Shown in pieces: positions 1 to 13,400 of a stretch of 64,000 nucleotides of DNA. The translations under genes and the position numbers were made by a program. The stretch spans positions 281,542,001 through 281,606,000 of the forward strand of contig OZ024741.1 in the NCBI GenBank assembly GCA_964016885.1, written 5' to 3'. Under the pieces are notes generated by a model. It made no database searches. It saw only the letters and a program-made list of their open reading frames with translations, and was not told the DNA's origin. The stretch is from Eledone cirrhosa. Lineage: Eukaryota. Each line of letters begins with the position of its first letter. The stretch's first letter is position 1.

Positions 1-51
1 ATTGGAAACCATTATTATTATTATTATTATCTTTATCATGCTCTATAAAAA

Positions 52-265
52 AAAGAGCAGTGGATTGGTAGTATCAGTAGAGCGTTGGACACCCCACTTT
101 TCAGCATGGAGTTACGTCCCTTTACGATCTGAGTTCAAATCCCGCAGAGCTTAGCTTTGCCTTTCATCCTTATAGGGTCGATAAAATAAAGCACCAGTAA
201 TGCACTGGGGTTGATTTAATCAACTTTTCCCTCCCCCAAATTGCTGGCCTTGTGCCTATAGTGAC
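52..265 (+). mobile_element. tRNA-derived SINE (family A)
   Basis: A-box-like TGGTAGTATCAG, B-box GAGTTCAAATCCC, central GCCTTTCATCCTT..GGGTCGATAAAATAAAG.ACCAG block and 3' TTGCTGGCCTTGTGCC end; more than 10 homologues in the window. Positions 1-30 are the (ATT)n tail of another copy. Confidence 0.85.
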
Positions 266-373
266 ATCTTTATTCATCATTGAATCGTACATATTTTATT
301 ATGTTTTGTGTAATTAAAATAAACCAACAAAGTATACAATATTTTTTGAAAATTTAGTATTTTCTGCCAACAA

Positions 374-405
<32 letters not shown>

Positions 406-431
406 CAGCTTCCCATCTACATTTTCTCTGT

Positions 432-1854
432 ATAAAGAGGAGTTCAAGACCGCTTGCCCATGGGAACTCCTATATGCAGATGATCTAATGCTCATAGCTG
501 AATCAATGGCTGAACTAGAGAAGAAATTCCAAACATGGAAGCATGGCCTAGAATCAAAAGGCCTTAAAGTTAACTTGTCTAAGACTAAAGTTCTAGTTTG
601 TAGGAAGAAAAATAGGGCACCGGTCCCATCTGGGAAATGGCCATGCTCGGTGTGTAGGAAAGGAGTAGGCAGAAACTCCATTTTATGTCCCAAATGCAAA
701 GTATGGGTGCATAAAAGATGTAGTGGGATCACAGGTAAGCTAACTAAGAATATAGATTTTATATGTGGCCGGTGCTCTGGTGCAATAAGTAGCAGCAAGT
801 GCCCACAGAATACTAGCTCATTCCATTGCACAGATGGTTCTATAGAAATAGTGGACACCTTCTGTTACCTGGGTGACAAAATCAGCAGTGGGGGAGGGTG
901 CACTGAAAATACAGTAGCTAGAGTCAGAACAGGATGGAAAAAGTTCAGAGAGCTTATACCACTTTTGGCCGCTAAAGGGTTCTCTCTAAAAATGAAAGGC
1001 AGGCTGTATGATGCCTGCATACGAACATGGCAGTGAGACTTGGGCATTGTGTGCAGAGGATATACGCAGACTGGAGAGGAACGAAGCTTGCATGCTCCGC
1101 TGGATGTGTAATAGTAATATACGTGAACGGCAAAGCATAAACGAACTAAGGGAGAAATTATGAATAAGAGGGATCAGATGTTTATTCGAGAGAAGACTAC
1201 GTTGGTACGGTCACGTGATGCGCATGAAACCTGGGACGACTTGATAAATTCCGACCTCACACACATACACCTCTCCAAGACAATGTCACTGGACCGAGAT
1301 CTTTGGCGCTACACAGTAATACAGAAGACCCGCCTTGCCTAAGTACAAAGCGAAACCTATAATCAGTAGGCACCGCTAACAAAAATACACCCACCGTCCC
1401 ACTACCCCACCCCATCCACACCACCCCCTTCAATGTGAAGTTATGTTGGTACCACAACATCCAGTCCGAAACAAATGAGGTCGTGTAGGTGTCAACAAAA
1501 AAACACACAGTCCACGATGTAATGTGGCCGTGTAGGTAACACGGTAAAAACCTCCCAGTCCACACTGTAAACGTGGTTGGTGTTAAGAAGGGCATCCAGC
1601 CGTAGAAAACCCGCCAGACGTATAGGTGTCACGACAAAAAAACACACAGTCCACGCTGTTATGTGGCCGTGTAGGTAACACAGTAAAAACCTCCCAGTCG
1701 ACACTGTAAACGTGGTTGGTGTTAGGAAGGGCATCCAGCTGTAGAAAACCCATCAGACAGTCCTATACGAGCAGGACAACCAATCTTGCCTCAAGTAGGA
1801 AAACCCCCATCCAAACCCATGCAAGTGTGGAAGATGGATGTTAAACGATGATGA
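432..1854 (+). mobile_element. 5'-truncated RTE-clade LINE (RT C-terminus, 3'UTR, (GAT)n tail), frameshifted and internally deleted
   Basis: ORF 383-1036 has PWELLYADDL and KTKV; near-identical to the 23334-26818 copy; ends GTTAAACGATGATG. Confidence 0.92.
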
Positions 1855-2624
1855 AAGATATATGTATTTCTGGTTAATTAAATCAAGTAAGTTTAAATTT
1901 TGTTTACGTGACATTAATTCACTATAAAATTACTATTCTCACTTTGAAGCTATATATACTCATTTTGAAATTCTTATTCTCACTTTAAACTGTTATATCC
2001 TCACTTAGAATTACAAATACTGTAGTTAAGAATATAAGTGATTGTCAGTGTGACCTATCAAACTAGATGTAAGCATAGAAATATAGATAATACAGCTTTT
2101 TATAACTATTTAGGACACTGTGATTTCAAAGCAGTCGAAAGGTTTATCAAGTTTTTATACTGTTTACAGTTATGTATGTTACTTTATTCCTTACCATCCT
2201 GTCACCCCATTTCCTCTCTCATACTCATACATCTCTTTCCCCTTCTAGGACATCATTTTAAATCCTGTTTGCCTTGAAAGAATGAGACCAGATGAAATAG
2301 AGAGGATTCTTCAGTCATGTCAAGAAGAAAACAACAGGAGTGTCGGATCAATTTCATAAAAAAGTAGCACAAAACTTTTCAAAAAGTAGTGAATTATGTT
2401 AGAAAGAAAGACAAAATTAAAATTATGCTAGTAAACGAAAAATGCAAACCACCCCCACCTGCCACTTCACCACAACTTTTGTTTATTCAATTTTAGAAAA
2501 TTTATTGAAGATTACAATTCTACAAAAAGAAAAAAGGTGTTTTTTTTTTTTAAATTAAATTTTTACACCACATCCCGATATATATAATGATTACTTTTAG
2601 CTCAATTCTAATTTATATGTATTG

Positions 2625-2901
2625 GTGTACAGGAGAGAAGACTGCATTGGTACGGACATGTGATGCACATGGACGATGATCACTTGGTGAAGAAGTGCCA
2701 GGAAATCCCAGTGGAAAAGAGCCAAGGTAGAGATAGATCAAGAAAGATCTGGGCAGAGGTTGTGAGAGCTGAACTCAAATCACTGAGACTCACAGAGGAG
2801 ATGACAAAGGAACGTGGCAAATAGAGGGATGTTGTGCTGAGAAGGACCCATTTAACCCACGCAAACATGGAAAAGCGAACTTAAAAAATGATGATGATGA
2901 T
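2625..2901 (+). mobile_element. Old RTE LINE 3' fragment
   Basis: Encodes ERRLHWYGHVMHMDD..KKC and ends in (GAT)n. Confidence 0.75.
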
Positions 2902-3639
2902 GTACATATGGACCCATAACTTCTGATGAAGTCATTGGGGTATTGTCATAAAATCATAGCCTGGGTACTTTAAACCTAGCAGAACCAATTTCTTCCAGAG
3001 AGGGAGAGAGATAGTGAGAGAAAGGAACTTCTTTTTACCTCAAAAGGGTGAAAGGCAAAGTTGACCTTGGTTCTAATTTATAATTTATGCAGTTGTTACA
3101 ATATTCAAAAGGAATGCTTCCTTTAAAAATTCAGACTTTAATGCAGCAAGAATTTCATTCTCTTCACTAATTTCATCATCATTGTTTATACATCGATTCT
3201 CCTACAATTTCATGGGTTATTCCTTCCACTGGGATTTCTTGGCAATCACCTTTCATGCATATCACATGTCCATACCAATGCCCACTACTTCGGATTCCTC
3301 TTATACTCAGTTTTTCTTTCAGTTCATCCAATCTTTGACATTCTCTTTCTTACATTAATATTGCACATCCTTATTTTTGTAAATGATTGAGTTGTGCTTC
3401 AGCAAGGTTTTGCAAGAAGTAAAATCGTAGCAGAAAATATTTTGTCCTTAAAATTTTATTTTTATTCTAAAAACTAACAAATGAAGATTCATCCCTGTTC
3501 TATTTCTTAGTTTAATTTTGAAGAAAGTTATTCTAAAAACCATTCATGGCATTAGTGGCACACAGTAAACAGTCAATCCATATTTTGGCACCTCAAGCAC
3601 CGTAGCTGCATTTTTAAGTGTTGCTACTTTTCCTCCCAA

Positions 3640-3945
3640 GGTGGTGAATTGGCAGTCATTAGATCTTCGCAGTATTCATTCCGGTTCTTGACACTTGGTT
3701 CTTGACACCTGTTGGTCAATTTTGCCTTTCATTTTTTTTAAGGTTGATAAATAAAGTACAAGTCCAGTACTGGAGTTGATTCTTCCTGCATATCTCTTTC
3801 TCACTTTCTTTTTCTATCACTTTCTCCTTCACTGGAAGAAATCAGCTGTGTTCAGACTTGAAGAGGGATGGGCTCTACCAGGTTTAAATGGTGCCCAAGA
3901 CATGCAGTATGCCACTACAACACTCCTGTGATTCTCTCAAGAGAT
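3640..3945 (+). mobile_element. Degraded SINE variant (family A head with a different 3' body)
   Basis: GCCTTTCAT...GATAAATAAAGTAC block followed by GAAGAAATCAGCTGTGTTCAGAC...CCAGGTTTAAATGGTGCCCAAGA, shared with 32610-32880 and 44575-44850. Confidence 0.55.
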
Positions 3946-4834
3946 ATGGCCCCATATATACATACTTTCCCTCCCATCCCATGTACACAGGATCTGAATA
4001 GCTCTGTGCATAAATCATAAATGATCAAAGTTCATTAGTAACATCTGAACACCTTGTATAATACTTGTAAATAAGTTATACTACTTGAAAATGTAATTTT
4101 CAAATAGATATCATGTTGAGCGTAATCTACTTCCTTATAAATTCATTTTAAGCAGTTACTTCTTGCTAATGAATTTGTTAATGTTAGAAAGTAAACCTTC
4201 AGTAGAATGAGAACACACTAAAAGGAGAGATTGGCAAATGCATTTTAGGAAAATAAATTTCTGTATTAATATGCAGAGAGAATTATAAATATGACAAAGA
4301 TTTGAAGCTCCATCTACTGCAACAAAAAAAATGTTTTTTAACTGTTGAATTTAAAATCTAAGTGCACATGACATTGATAGTCAATAGAGAACATGGATAA
4401 ATCCCTATATCACTGACTGTTTGCTGTAGGTCTTTGTCAACACAGGCCTGTCTTTTATATTTACTACTAAAGTCCACAATCACTTAAGAATGTAACCCAT
4501 GCATGCAGGGAAAAATGGACATAAAAATGATGATGATAAAGATGAGGAGTGTGGTGATGATGATGATGAAATTGATGATAATGACAAGGCAATATTTTAA
4601 CATTATGCTTTGTAACAGGAAATAGCCATAAAAATTGTTATACAACTTTATTATAACATCTAACACATGTAAATGCTTTTCAAAATTGACATGAGGTAGA
4701 TCAACCAAAATCAAAGACTTACTTTTGTCTTCAATTTCTTCTTCCACTACAGATGGAGTGATACATTTTTTTTTTTTTCATAAGTGTCATTCATTAAACT
4801 CAATGCAGTTTCAAATTAATTGCAATTAGTGAAT

Positions 4835-5094
4835 GAAAGAATCTCTTTATTAATAGGTCTTCCTAAATGATTGTTGCTTCAAACACTTGCATAAAAACAG
4901 CAGCATAGCTAGAGGGGTAATAGTGGGAAGGGAGTCTTCCCAGGTGGTACATTTGGGTTTGTTGTATTTGTTGGGTATAGGATAGGCCTCTGACAAAGTC
5001 AAAGTCTGCCCCAGGGTGACACACACTATAGCTGTGCTACTGTCTGACAAGTTGCTACAATTGCTGTTAACTGTAGTTCTAATTTGGTTATTTT
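4835..5094 (-). other. Putative terminal exon of a minus-strand host transcript
   Basis: Acceptor TTTTTTTCCCGTCAG (AG at 5096-5095), non-repetitive sequence, AATAAA at 4851-4846 on the minus strand. Confidence 0.35.
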
Positions 5095-5637
5095 CTGACG
5101 GGAAAAAAACCCTGCTTTGATAGTTTGTTTCAAATTTAAGTTTATTACATCACTAATATATTTTATAGCTAAACACAGATTTTGTGAATTCATATTTCAT
5201 AATTTACACAAAGCTTTATTGCTATCATATTTTACTTCTCTCACTCAATTTGAAAATTGTGCATCAGTTAGCTAGAATTTCTGGGACTTTTTATCATACT
5301 TTAACCACTTGTTCATTATATGAGTATAGTATTGGAATAGCTGAGATATATTTTTACATTTAAAACAAAATGCTTAACTTATTCAGATTTTGGTGACCTT
5401 TGAGTATAAGGTGCACATTTTACATTGTTATCATCATCATCCTGTTAACATCTGCCTTCCCTGCTAGCAAGGGTTGGTTAGGTATCTCAGATATGGTCTC
5501 ACATTCTACCAAGTGCACAAGAGGGACTGTCATGTCCTTACAAACTGAAGGGTCTCCCCCAACCCATTATTTAGCAAGCTTTCTATGGTTGGATGCCCTT
5601 CCTATCACTTTACAGCATGTACTAGGTTTATCATATA

Positions 5638-6035
5638 CAAGGGTGGGCTGAAAAGTTCATAGGCTGACTAAGAAGAAGTGATGCTAGAGCTGTGAAATCT
5701 TACATGCATTAAATTCAACTCTCCTTATTAATAACTGCATTATTTTTTTTTCTAGGTAAACTGACATTTGACTCTTCAAAGAAGACTTCAAATGTAACTA
5801 GTAGCAACTTCTCTTGAAAATGGTCAAAATTTAGTATCATGGTTTTATCAAGTAACTCCAGAAAAAGGGTTTAGCCTCCAAGGACATTCATGCTGAAATA
5901 GTTGCTTCATTAGGGGATGATGCACCAGCTTTATCAACAGTACAAATACTGGTTCTCAGCCAGTGTTTTTTCATGTTGGGGAACAGATGATAGTTAGATG
6001 AGGCCAAATCAGGAGTATATGGAGGGTGATCGCCA
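5638..6035 (+). mobile_element. Mariner (DD34D-type) transposon relic with an internal inversion
   Basis: TA|CAAGGGTGGGCTGAAAAGTTC terminus; plus strand encodes an HTH-like KDIHAEIVASLGDDAPALSTV; minus strand encodes HPPYTPDLASSNYHLFPNMK (mariner YSPDLAPSDYHLF motif). Confidence 0.8.
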
Positions 6036-6379
6036 ACACTTGATATAACCGAAGGGTCCTCCCATGACACCATATACTTAAAGATCACCCAGACTTCATT
6101 TACATCACTAATTGCTGCTAACTAATTTCAGTTCACTTTATTATAGTAGGGAGCCTCTGTGTGTCTGTTTTAAATGTTAAAAATAGCAACCAAATTTCAC
6201 TCAATTCACAGGCTACAATCTTAATTTGTCTATAAATTTTACAAATTGGCCAACAATATCATGAATGTGAATTTTTAAAATAAAATAGAAAAGTAGTCAA
6301 TTGTAACCAAATTAAAAAAAGAAAGAAAAATACAGCATGAAAAGTAGCATAATAAACTACTCAAAGACCAATTTGGCAA

Positions 6380-6595
6380 CTCTAGTGCTGGTGCCATGAT
6401 AAAATACACTCAATTCATTCTGTAAAGTGGTTGGTATTAGGAGGGGTACCCAGCTGTAGAAACTATGCAAAAGACTGGATAGATGAGCAAGACATGGTCC
6501 TTTGATTCATCTGAATAAGCATTGACTTTGTTCATAACAACCCATCCAACCCAAGCCAGCATAGAAAGCAGATGTAAAATGATGATGATGATGGT
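6380..6595 (+). mobile_element. Non-autonomous RTE-tail repeat (TAGGAAGGGCATCCAGC family)
   Basis: Homologous to the RTE 3'UTR module; ends in (GAT)n. Confidence 0.6.
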
Positions 6596-6954
6596 AATGG
6601 ATAGATCTAGTTAACTTTTTTAATATAACACAGAGCCCATAGTCTAGCAATGACACATTTTCTGTATCATTCAAATGTTTGTCTATTTTTATCAAAATAA
6701 ATTAAAATTTGAACATAGAGACCATAGACTAGAAATGAGTTCACAAACATCTATTTTATCAAAATAAATAAATAAAAACATATTTAACAAATTTCAGCAA
6801 GTTAGAAACAGAAGAGAAAAAAAATTAAAATTAGATTTTCAAAACTCTGTGAGCCAATAAATATTCCTTTAACCAATCAATTTTACTGCCAGTATTTAGA
6901 TTATCATCTCTGGTATAGAGAAAGCCACATCAAAACATTTGATTGTTCACTCAC

Positions 6955-7001
6955 CTGCCATGCTTTAGCTTCTTTATAAAAAGCTGATACATTGCATCAA
7001 G
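6955..7001 (-). other. Putative 47-nt host exon
   Basis: Minus strand TTTATTTTCACCCTTTGAAG|...GGCAG|GTGAGT. Confidence 0.4.
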
Positions 7002-7189
7002 CTTCAAAGGGTGAAAATAAATATTAACTATTTGTCTTGTTTGTATTAATTATGAAACTAGAAACTATTATAAAATAAACACTGTAGGACTACAAAAATA
7101 TCTAATGAAGAATAATGGAAATATGAATAAAACAAAAAAAAATTGTTTTTGTCTTTAAGGAAGCCAACAAATTCAAAACAGAAGCTGAA

Positions 7190-8015
7190 TTGACAGATAA
7201 TCACGAGGAAAATGATAACATAGAAGAAACAGGAACAGAAACTGTGAAAAAAAGAAAATCCAAATTGAAAAGAGATCTCCAAAATGCTATACTAAAACGA
7301 TGGTAAGAAAAAACTCCTACAAGGTCAATATCCAAAAAGACTGAAGTGGATAAACAAAATTCACAAATCTGGTTAAGAAGCACTGGACTGAAAGATTTCT
7401 AATTGTAGTGTAAGATCAAAGCCTCACCACAAGCAACCATCATAAATACAATACAAGTCAGAACACAGTAAATAACTGCAGAATATATGGTGAAAGGGAA
7501 GAAACAATTAACCATATTATCTTGGGCTGTCCAGTCTGAGCCAAAAAACATATCTACAGACATAATAGAGTTGGGATTTACATATACTGGAAGTTATGCC
7601 AATACTATGAAATAATAACAGAAAAAAGGTGGTACAAACATACAGCAGGAAAGGTGTGAGAGGATGACAAAGCAGCCATAGTTTGGGATATGCCAGTATA
7701 CACAGACAGAGAGATCAAACTAGATATTATAGTAAAAAACCACAAAGAAAAAATATGTCTTTTAATTGATGTCTAGATTCCCACAGATGACAATATATCT
7801 ACCAAGGAAATGGAGAAATTATTCAAATATAAAGATCTGGAGATAACAAAAATCCGAATGTGGATGTCAAAAATGGAAACAATCTTTATAATAAGTGCTC
7901 TGGGAATGATAAAAAACAAAACAAAACAAACAGATATACAACCAAAACCCCAGGACTTACAATCATATACAGCATACAGAAAATAGCACTACTGGACACT
8001 GCACATTCCCAGGGC
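7190..8015 (+). mobile_element. R4/Dong-like RLE non-LTR retrotransposon 3' fragment (decayed)
   Basis: Broken frames give CRIYGEREETINHIILGC, RHNRV, WDMPVYTDRE, DII..LLIDV.IP and EKLFKYKDL: CCHC remnant plus PD-(D/E)xK endonuclease. Confidence 0.85.
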
Positions 8016-8065
8016 ACACAGTTGCGTTCGGTAATGCAGTGATGACAACAAGGAAGAGGCAAGTA

Positions 8066-8453
8066 TTGTGGATATTGCTTCAAACATGGGACAATAGGGG
8101 GAAAGTTGAGGAATCCCAGGAGCTGAAGAGAGAAACCAGGAAATTATGTAGAATCAGACACACAGAAAAGTGGTACGGACTTTGGTTGGCACACTGAGAG
8201 CAGTTAGTAAAAGGTTAGATGCATGGTTTAAGGAGCTAAGAATTACCATCAAGACAGGATTGTTGCAGAAAACAACCTTGCTAGGAACAGCAAGGATTCT
8301 AAGAAGGGTGATGGAAAATTGAAAGAAAAAGAATGACCCAAAGGATCTTTGGCCATTGGCTATGGCTTCCTCTTTTGATATAGTGTTGGTATAACATCTG
8401 CCAGACTAAAAGCATTACAAATAAAAATAATAAAATAATAAAAATAATAATAA
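8066..8453 (+). mobile_element. Second RLE-type (R4/Dong-like) 3' fragment with AAT-rich tail
   Basis: Encodes LLQKTTLLGTARILRRVME, followed by a 3'UTR and AATAATAA repeats. Confidence 0.7.
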
Positions 8454-8879
8454 GAAAATCATTTACAAATTAGGAAACAGGAAGATACATTCAATTCATA
8501 TAACATCCCTCTTCTCATGAAATCAAAAAGCTTTTCATACATATTTTCATATACATTCTCCAAGCAATTTACAATTTGGAAATAGCATTTTGACGTGACA
8601 AGTAGATGGATTGAATATCTATGATAGTTCCCAGGAATTAATTGCTAATTTTATTTCAGCCACAAATCAAGTTGGGTTGCTTTCGTTTTACTTCAGATTT
8701 AATATCTGAATGGATTCTGTTTGGGGTTCTGTTTGGCCATCACTTCTCATTTTCCATATCACAAACAGCAATTTCATTTCTTCCAAGCTATCCCAAGCAA
8801 TAAAAGAGAAGAATGGCAGGAGAAAAGAAAAATGAGAGAAAGATATATATATATATACACACACACATTATATATATAT

Positions 8880-8920
<41 letters not shown>

Positions 8921-9679
8921 AAGATCACACAAAAACAAATCACAAGCATTCTAAATTATATCTCCTCAGCAAAGCACTAACATGAAATTGCTTTGAATTT
9001 TATCAGAAACTTTCCATAATACGCTGTAGAATTGTAAAGATTTCTTTATCACATATATAATGTGATTATTTTAAGAGATGTGGATAAGAGGTAGTGTCAT
9101 GCTGAGAGGTATATATTGCATAAAGAAGTCCATCTTTATATGGTGAAACATGAATAAATCTTTGTGTGTGAATATGTTTATATGTGAAAGGAGAAATAGA
9201 TATTTAGTGCTGACACAAGAAAAGAGAAGGGATTCTCTCTCTCTCCACTCTATGCATTAATAAATATTTCAACAAGGAATACAAAATGTAGGCCACCACT
9301 GCTGACACCATTAGCATCATCATCAGCTCTGCAGTATTTAGTTATGTCCTTTTACATGGTCAATTATATATATATGGAAGATGGACGTTAAACGATGATG
9401 ATGATATATACACACACACTTTATGGATAGTGTTAACAAGGGTTTTGTGGACTCTTCAGTTGTGTCTAGCACACTACAACATCACTAGTGCTGAGGTTAT
9501 GATAAAAGCATTCAGAGCACTCTGTAATGTTGTTGGTGATAGGAAGGGCATCTAGCCATAGAAACTAATAGGCTTGCTAAATTTTGATTTGACCATCAAC
9601 AGTTGCCACTGTATGCTCTTCCTATTTTAAACAACTCTGTATAGGTTTTAATATTTTTCAACTTTCTTTTCACAATATT

Positions 9680-10046
9680 GGCTGGAGAGAAATGAAGCAA
9701 GCATGCTCCGTTGGATGTGCAATGTCAATATGCGTGAACTACCAAGCATAGATGAGTTGAGAGAGAAACTGAGTATAAGAGGGATAAGTTGTTGTGTGCG
9801 GGAGAGAAGACTGCGTTGGTATGGACATGTGATGCGCATGGAGGATGACATAAAGAAGTGCCAAGAAATCCCAGTAGAAGACCACGAAAAACACGGGCAG
9901 AGGTGGTGAGAGCTGATCTCAGATCGCTGAAGCTCAAAGAGGAGATGACGAAGGACCGTGATGAATGGAGAGATGCTGTGCAGAATAGGACCTATCCCAC
10001 CCTTGAAAGCAGGGAAAAGTGGATGTATGATGATGATGATGATGAT
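9680..10046 (+). mobile_element. RTE LINE 3' fragment
   Basis: Encodes LERNEASMLRWMC...RRLRWYGHVMRMEDD; (GAT)n tail. Confidence 0.85.
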
Positions 10047-10779
10047 TGATATGTTTATGTATTTGTTTTGCAAGATTCTTGATGTGACACCATGTGTTGA
10101 AACAGACAGGATAGAGTAAACTGATTAAGACTAAAAAAAGAGAAGAGTCATAGAGACAAAGAACAAATGTCATTGAGGGGGCTGCAATAACTATTAATGA
10201 AGCTGAAATGAAAATCAAATAGTGCATGTTTTTATTGGCAAAATCAGCAAAAGAATCATACCCCAAATATAACAATGAATATTGATTTCTATGAAACTAC
10301 AATATTCAATAAAAGCTTAATCATATTACTAAATCCCTCCAAATTTTTGATCTAAAAATTATTTGAAAATCATAAGCAGTGTCTTTTAATAGAAATATAG
10401 TTAAAAAAAGGGGGCACAGCAAATATTGTCTTGAATTTAATAGGAAACTACTTTACAAGAAGCTGAATTGAGAATGCACTGAAGTGATTTCTTATTGTCT
10501 TTTAAAATTACATGGGAGAAACTGAGATTAGCACTTCTAGAAATAGGAAAAAAAAAGCTCTCTATATATGGTATCTATTTAAAGTTAGGTGCACAGAAGT
10601 ATTATTACTTAGTATGATTATCATAGATACAATGCTAGAGGAAATTTAAGAACTGCAGAGAGGACTGCACTTTATAAGTTCAACCAGGTACAATTATACT
10701 ATAACATGTGCAATTCTATTGAGTCTAGAAGTTTCAAAATAGAAATAACTAAATAAATTTCAATAATTTGTTAGAGCAT

Positions 10780-10969
10780 AAGGGTGGTGGATTGGCAGTA
10801 TCGGTAGAGGGTCGGACGCCATGCTTTGCAGCACAGTTACGTCCCTTTACGGACTGAGTTCAAATCCCGCCGAGGTTAACTTTGCCTTTCATCCTTACAG
10901 GGTCGATAAAATAAAGTACCAGTAATGCACTGGGTAATTGCTGGCCTCGTGCCTAAAGTAGAAACAATT
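10780..10969 (+). mobile_element. Full-length family A SINE with 14-bp TSD
   Basis: ATTTGTTAGAGCAT at both 10766-10779 and 10970-10983. Confidence 0.92.
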
Positions 10970-10999
10970 ATTTGTTAGAGCATTAAACACTCTTCTTCG

Positions 11000-11468
11000 C
11001 GGCACATAGTTATAGCCTTTTACGTTTTGAGTTCAAATCCTGCCAAAGTTAGCTTTACAAGGACGATAAAATAAAGTACCAGTTACACACTGAGGTTAAT
11101 TTGATTGATCCCCCCCCCCCAAAAAAAAATCTACTGTCCTTGTGCCTAAATCAGAAGCCATTATTATACATTTACGTTCTGAGTTCAAATTCTGCTTAGG
11201 TTAGCTTTGCCTTTCATCCTTATGGAGGTTGATAAAATAAAGTACCAGTAATGAACTGGGGTCGATTTAATTGACCTTCCCCTCCCCCAAAATTGCTGGT
11301 TTTGTACCTAAATCAGAAACCATTATTATACAATTACATTCTGAGTTCAAATTCCGCTATAGGTTAGCTTTGACTCTCTATCTTTATGGGGGTTAACTGG
11401 CATCGATTTGTTCAACTTTTCTTTTCCCTTCAAGTTGCTGGCCTTGTGTCAAAGGTAGAAACAATTAT
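11000..11468 (+). mobile_element. Three tandem head-truncated family A SINE units
   Basis: Repeated TAC(G/A)TT(C/T)TGAGTTCAAAT...TTGTG/ACC...AGAA.C.ATTATT units of about 130-170 bp. Confidence 0.8.
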
Positions 11469-11565
11469 TTATACTTTGAAGAACAAATTACATTTACAGG
11501 TAATTTCTTCAGAAGATATTTTGCCCAAGTAACAGGCAAATTTACAGGCCATCATCTACTATTAA

Positions 11566-11772
11566 TCCTTTAATGTTCAAACTGGCCAAAACCGGCCAGA
11601 ATTCTCTACCTCTTTCTGTTGAAACTGGCTGTAACTGGTCGCTCAAACTGATGTTAAGGTATTGTTCTCAAAATAAATACTTTCAAAATACCATAGATTC
11701 GATATTATGTGAGGTAAAGCCTTCACCATGAAAATATAATAGTATATATAGAGTAATGTGAATGCTAAAGGG
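11566..11772. mobile_element. piggyBac-like MITE
   Basis: TTAA flanks, right end AATGCTAAAGGG|TTAA; homologous to 32151, 43240 and 47689. Confidence 0.7.
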
Positions 11773-11989
11773 TTAAGTAATTTACTTATTTTTAGATTCC
11801 TTTACACCAGCTATTCCCAATCTATTGGTGCAAGCAATTATATTCTTAATCTTTTGTCAAACCAAAGTCAAATATTTGTTATGACAGGAATACTGGGGTA
11901 AAAATTATTTTAATATATCTTTTCATAGTAGTTTAGTGGTAAGACTTGATTCAACAACCCATCATCTGTTTTGTTTTTAACCCTTTTGT

Positions 11990-12290
11990 TATGAAATCTT
12001 CTCTTCTCCACTTGTCACACTCCTTCCACATCTGTGAGGTTCAGCATTTTCAGATCAGCTTTCACCACTACCACTTAGGTCTTCCGCAGCTTCCTTTTAC
12101 TTGAAACTCCTGCCATTTCTTCACCTAATGACCATTATTCATATGCATCATCTGTCCCTATCAGCATCATCTTAATCTTCTCTCTTTCACACAGTAGAAC
12201 TGATTCCTCTTATCTCCAGTTTTTCTGTTAGTTCATCTGTGCTACATTATTCATACACATTAACATCACATATCCATAAGAGCATGCTCG
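11990..12290 (-). mobile_element. Decayed RTE LINE fragment
   Basis: Reverse complement resembles the SMLxWMC...GISS..VR...GQMMHM region. Confidence 0.6.
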
Positions 12291-12460
12291 ATATTTGTTC
12301 TCTTCACATATCATCTGCAGTCACTGCAAATAATTTACAAACATGCAACACCACACTTCACACATAGATAATAATTCCCAATAAGAACTAATAGGGTAGG
12401 AGGCATTTATTGGAAATATACTTAGCAAAATACACAAATCATCAATGCATTATTTAGATA

Positions 12461-12648
12461 AGAGGGCGGTGGATTGGCAGTATCGGTAGAGGGTCAGACA
12501 CCATGCTTTCCAGCATAGTTACGTCCCTTTACGATCTGAGTTCAAATCCCGCCGAGGTTGACTTTGCCTTTCATCCTTACGGGGTCGATAAAATAAAGTA
12601 CTAGTAATGCACTGGGTAATTGCTGGCCTTGTGCCTAAAGTAGAAACA
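12461..12648 (+). mobile_element. Full-length family A SINE with 12-bp TSD
   Basis: ATTATTTAGATA at both 12449-12460 and 12649-12660. Confidence 0.92.
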
Positions 12649-12739
12649 ATTATTTAGATAGGAATCATTCAGTTGAAAATTGCATTCATAGTGATTGATA
12701 AGTTAGAATACTCTGTATAAATTTAATAATATATATATA

Positions 12740-13081
12740 TAATGTTGGTACCACAAAACATCCAGCCTGCACTGTAAAGTGGTCGTGTAGGTGTCACGAT
12801 AAAAAGCACTCAGCCCACACTGTAATGTGGTCGTGAAGGAAATGCTGCAAAAAGCAGCCAGCCCACACTGTAATGTAGTCGTGTAGGAGATACAGCAAAA
12901 AGCACCCAGTACACATTGTAAATGTGGTTGGCATTAGGAAGGGCATCCAGCCATAGAAAACCAGCCAGAAACAGTCCTATATGAGCGAGACATGGTCATC
13001 CAACCTAACTTACCTCAAATGGGACAAACCTGTCTAACCCATGCTAGTGAGGAAAATACTCATGAAACGATGATGATGATG
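12740..13081 (+). mobile_element. RTE 3'UTR-type repeat with triplicated CAGCCCACACTGTAATGTGG submodule
   Basis: Homology to the RTE 3'UTR; (GAT)n tail. Confidence 0.75.
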
Positions 13082-13239
13082 TTGCTAGTAGTTATATTAA
13101 CTGATGCTGGTAGTTATACTAACTGATTACAAGAAAAAAGATTTTATTAACATCAAATCAAATATTCTAAGGAGTTTGGTGATAGATAATTGAACTCAAT
13201 ATTGAGTCCTATGATGAAATGTTATGCTTCTTGTGCATA

Positions 13240-13400
13240 AATGGTTTCTTATATAGGCACAAGGCCAGCAATTTTGGGGGAGGGGAAAGTCGACACCGTA
13301 AGGATGAAAGGCAAAGTTAACCTTGGCGGGATTTTAACTCAGATCATAAAGAGCCGTAACTCTATGCTGCAAAGCATGGCATCCGACCCTCTACTGATGT
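13240..13400 (-). mobile_element. Family A SINE, internally deleted
   Basis: GGCACAAGGCCAGCAA...GGATGAAAGGCAAAG. Confidence 0.75.

Noticed and set aside
10780-10870. tRNA gene
   Set aside because: A/B boxes belong to SINE heads; no complete cloverleaf.
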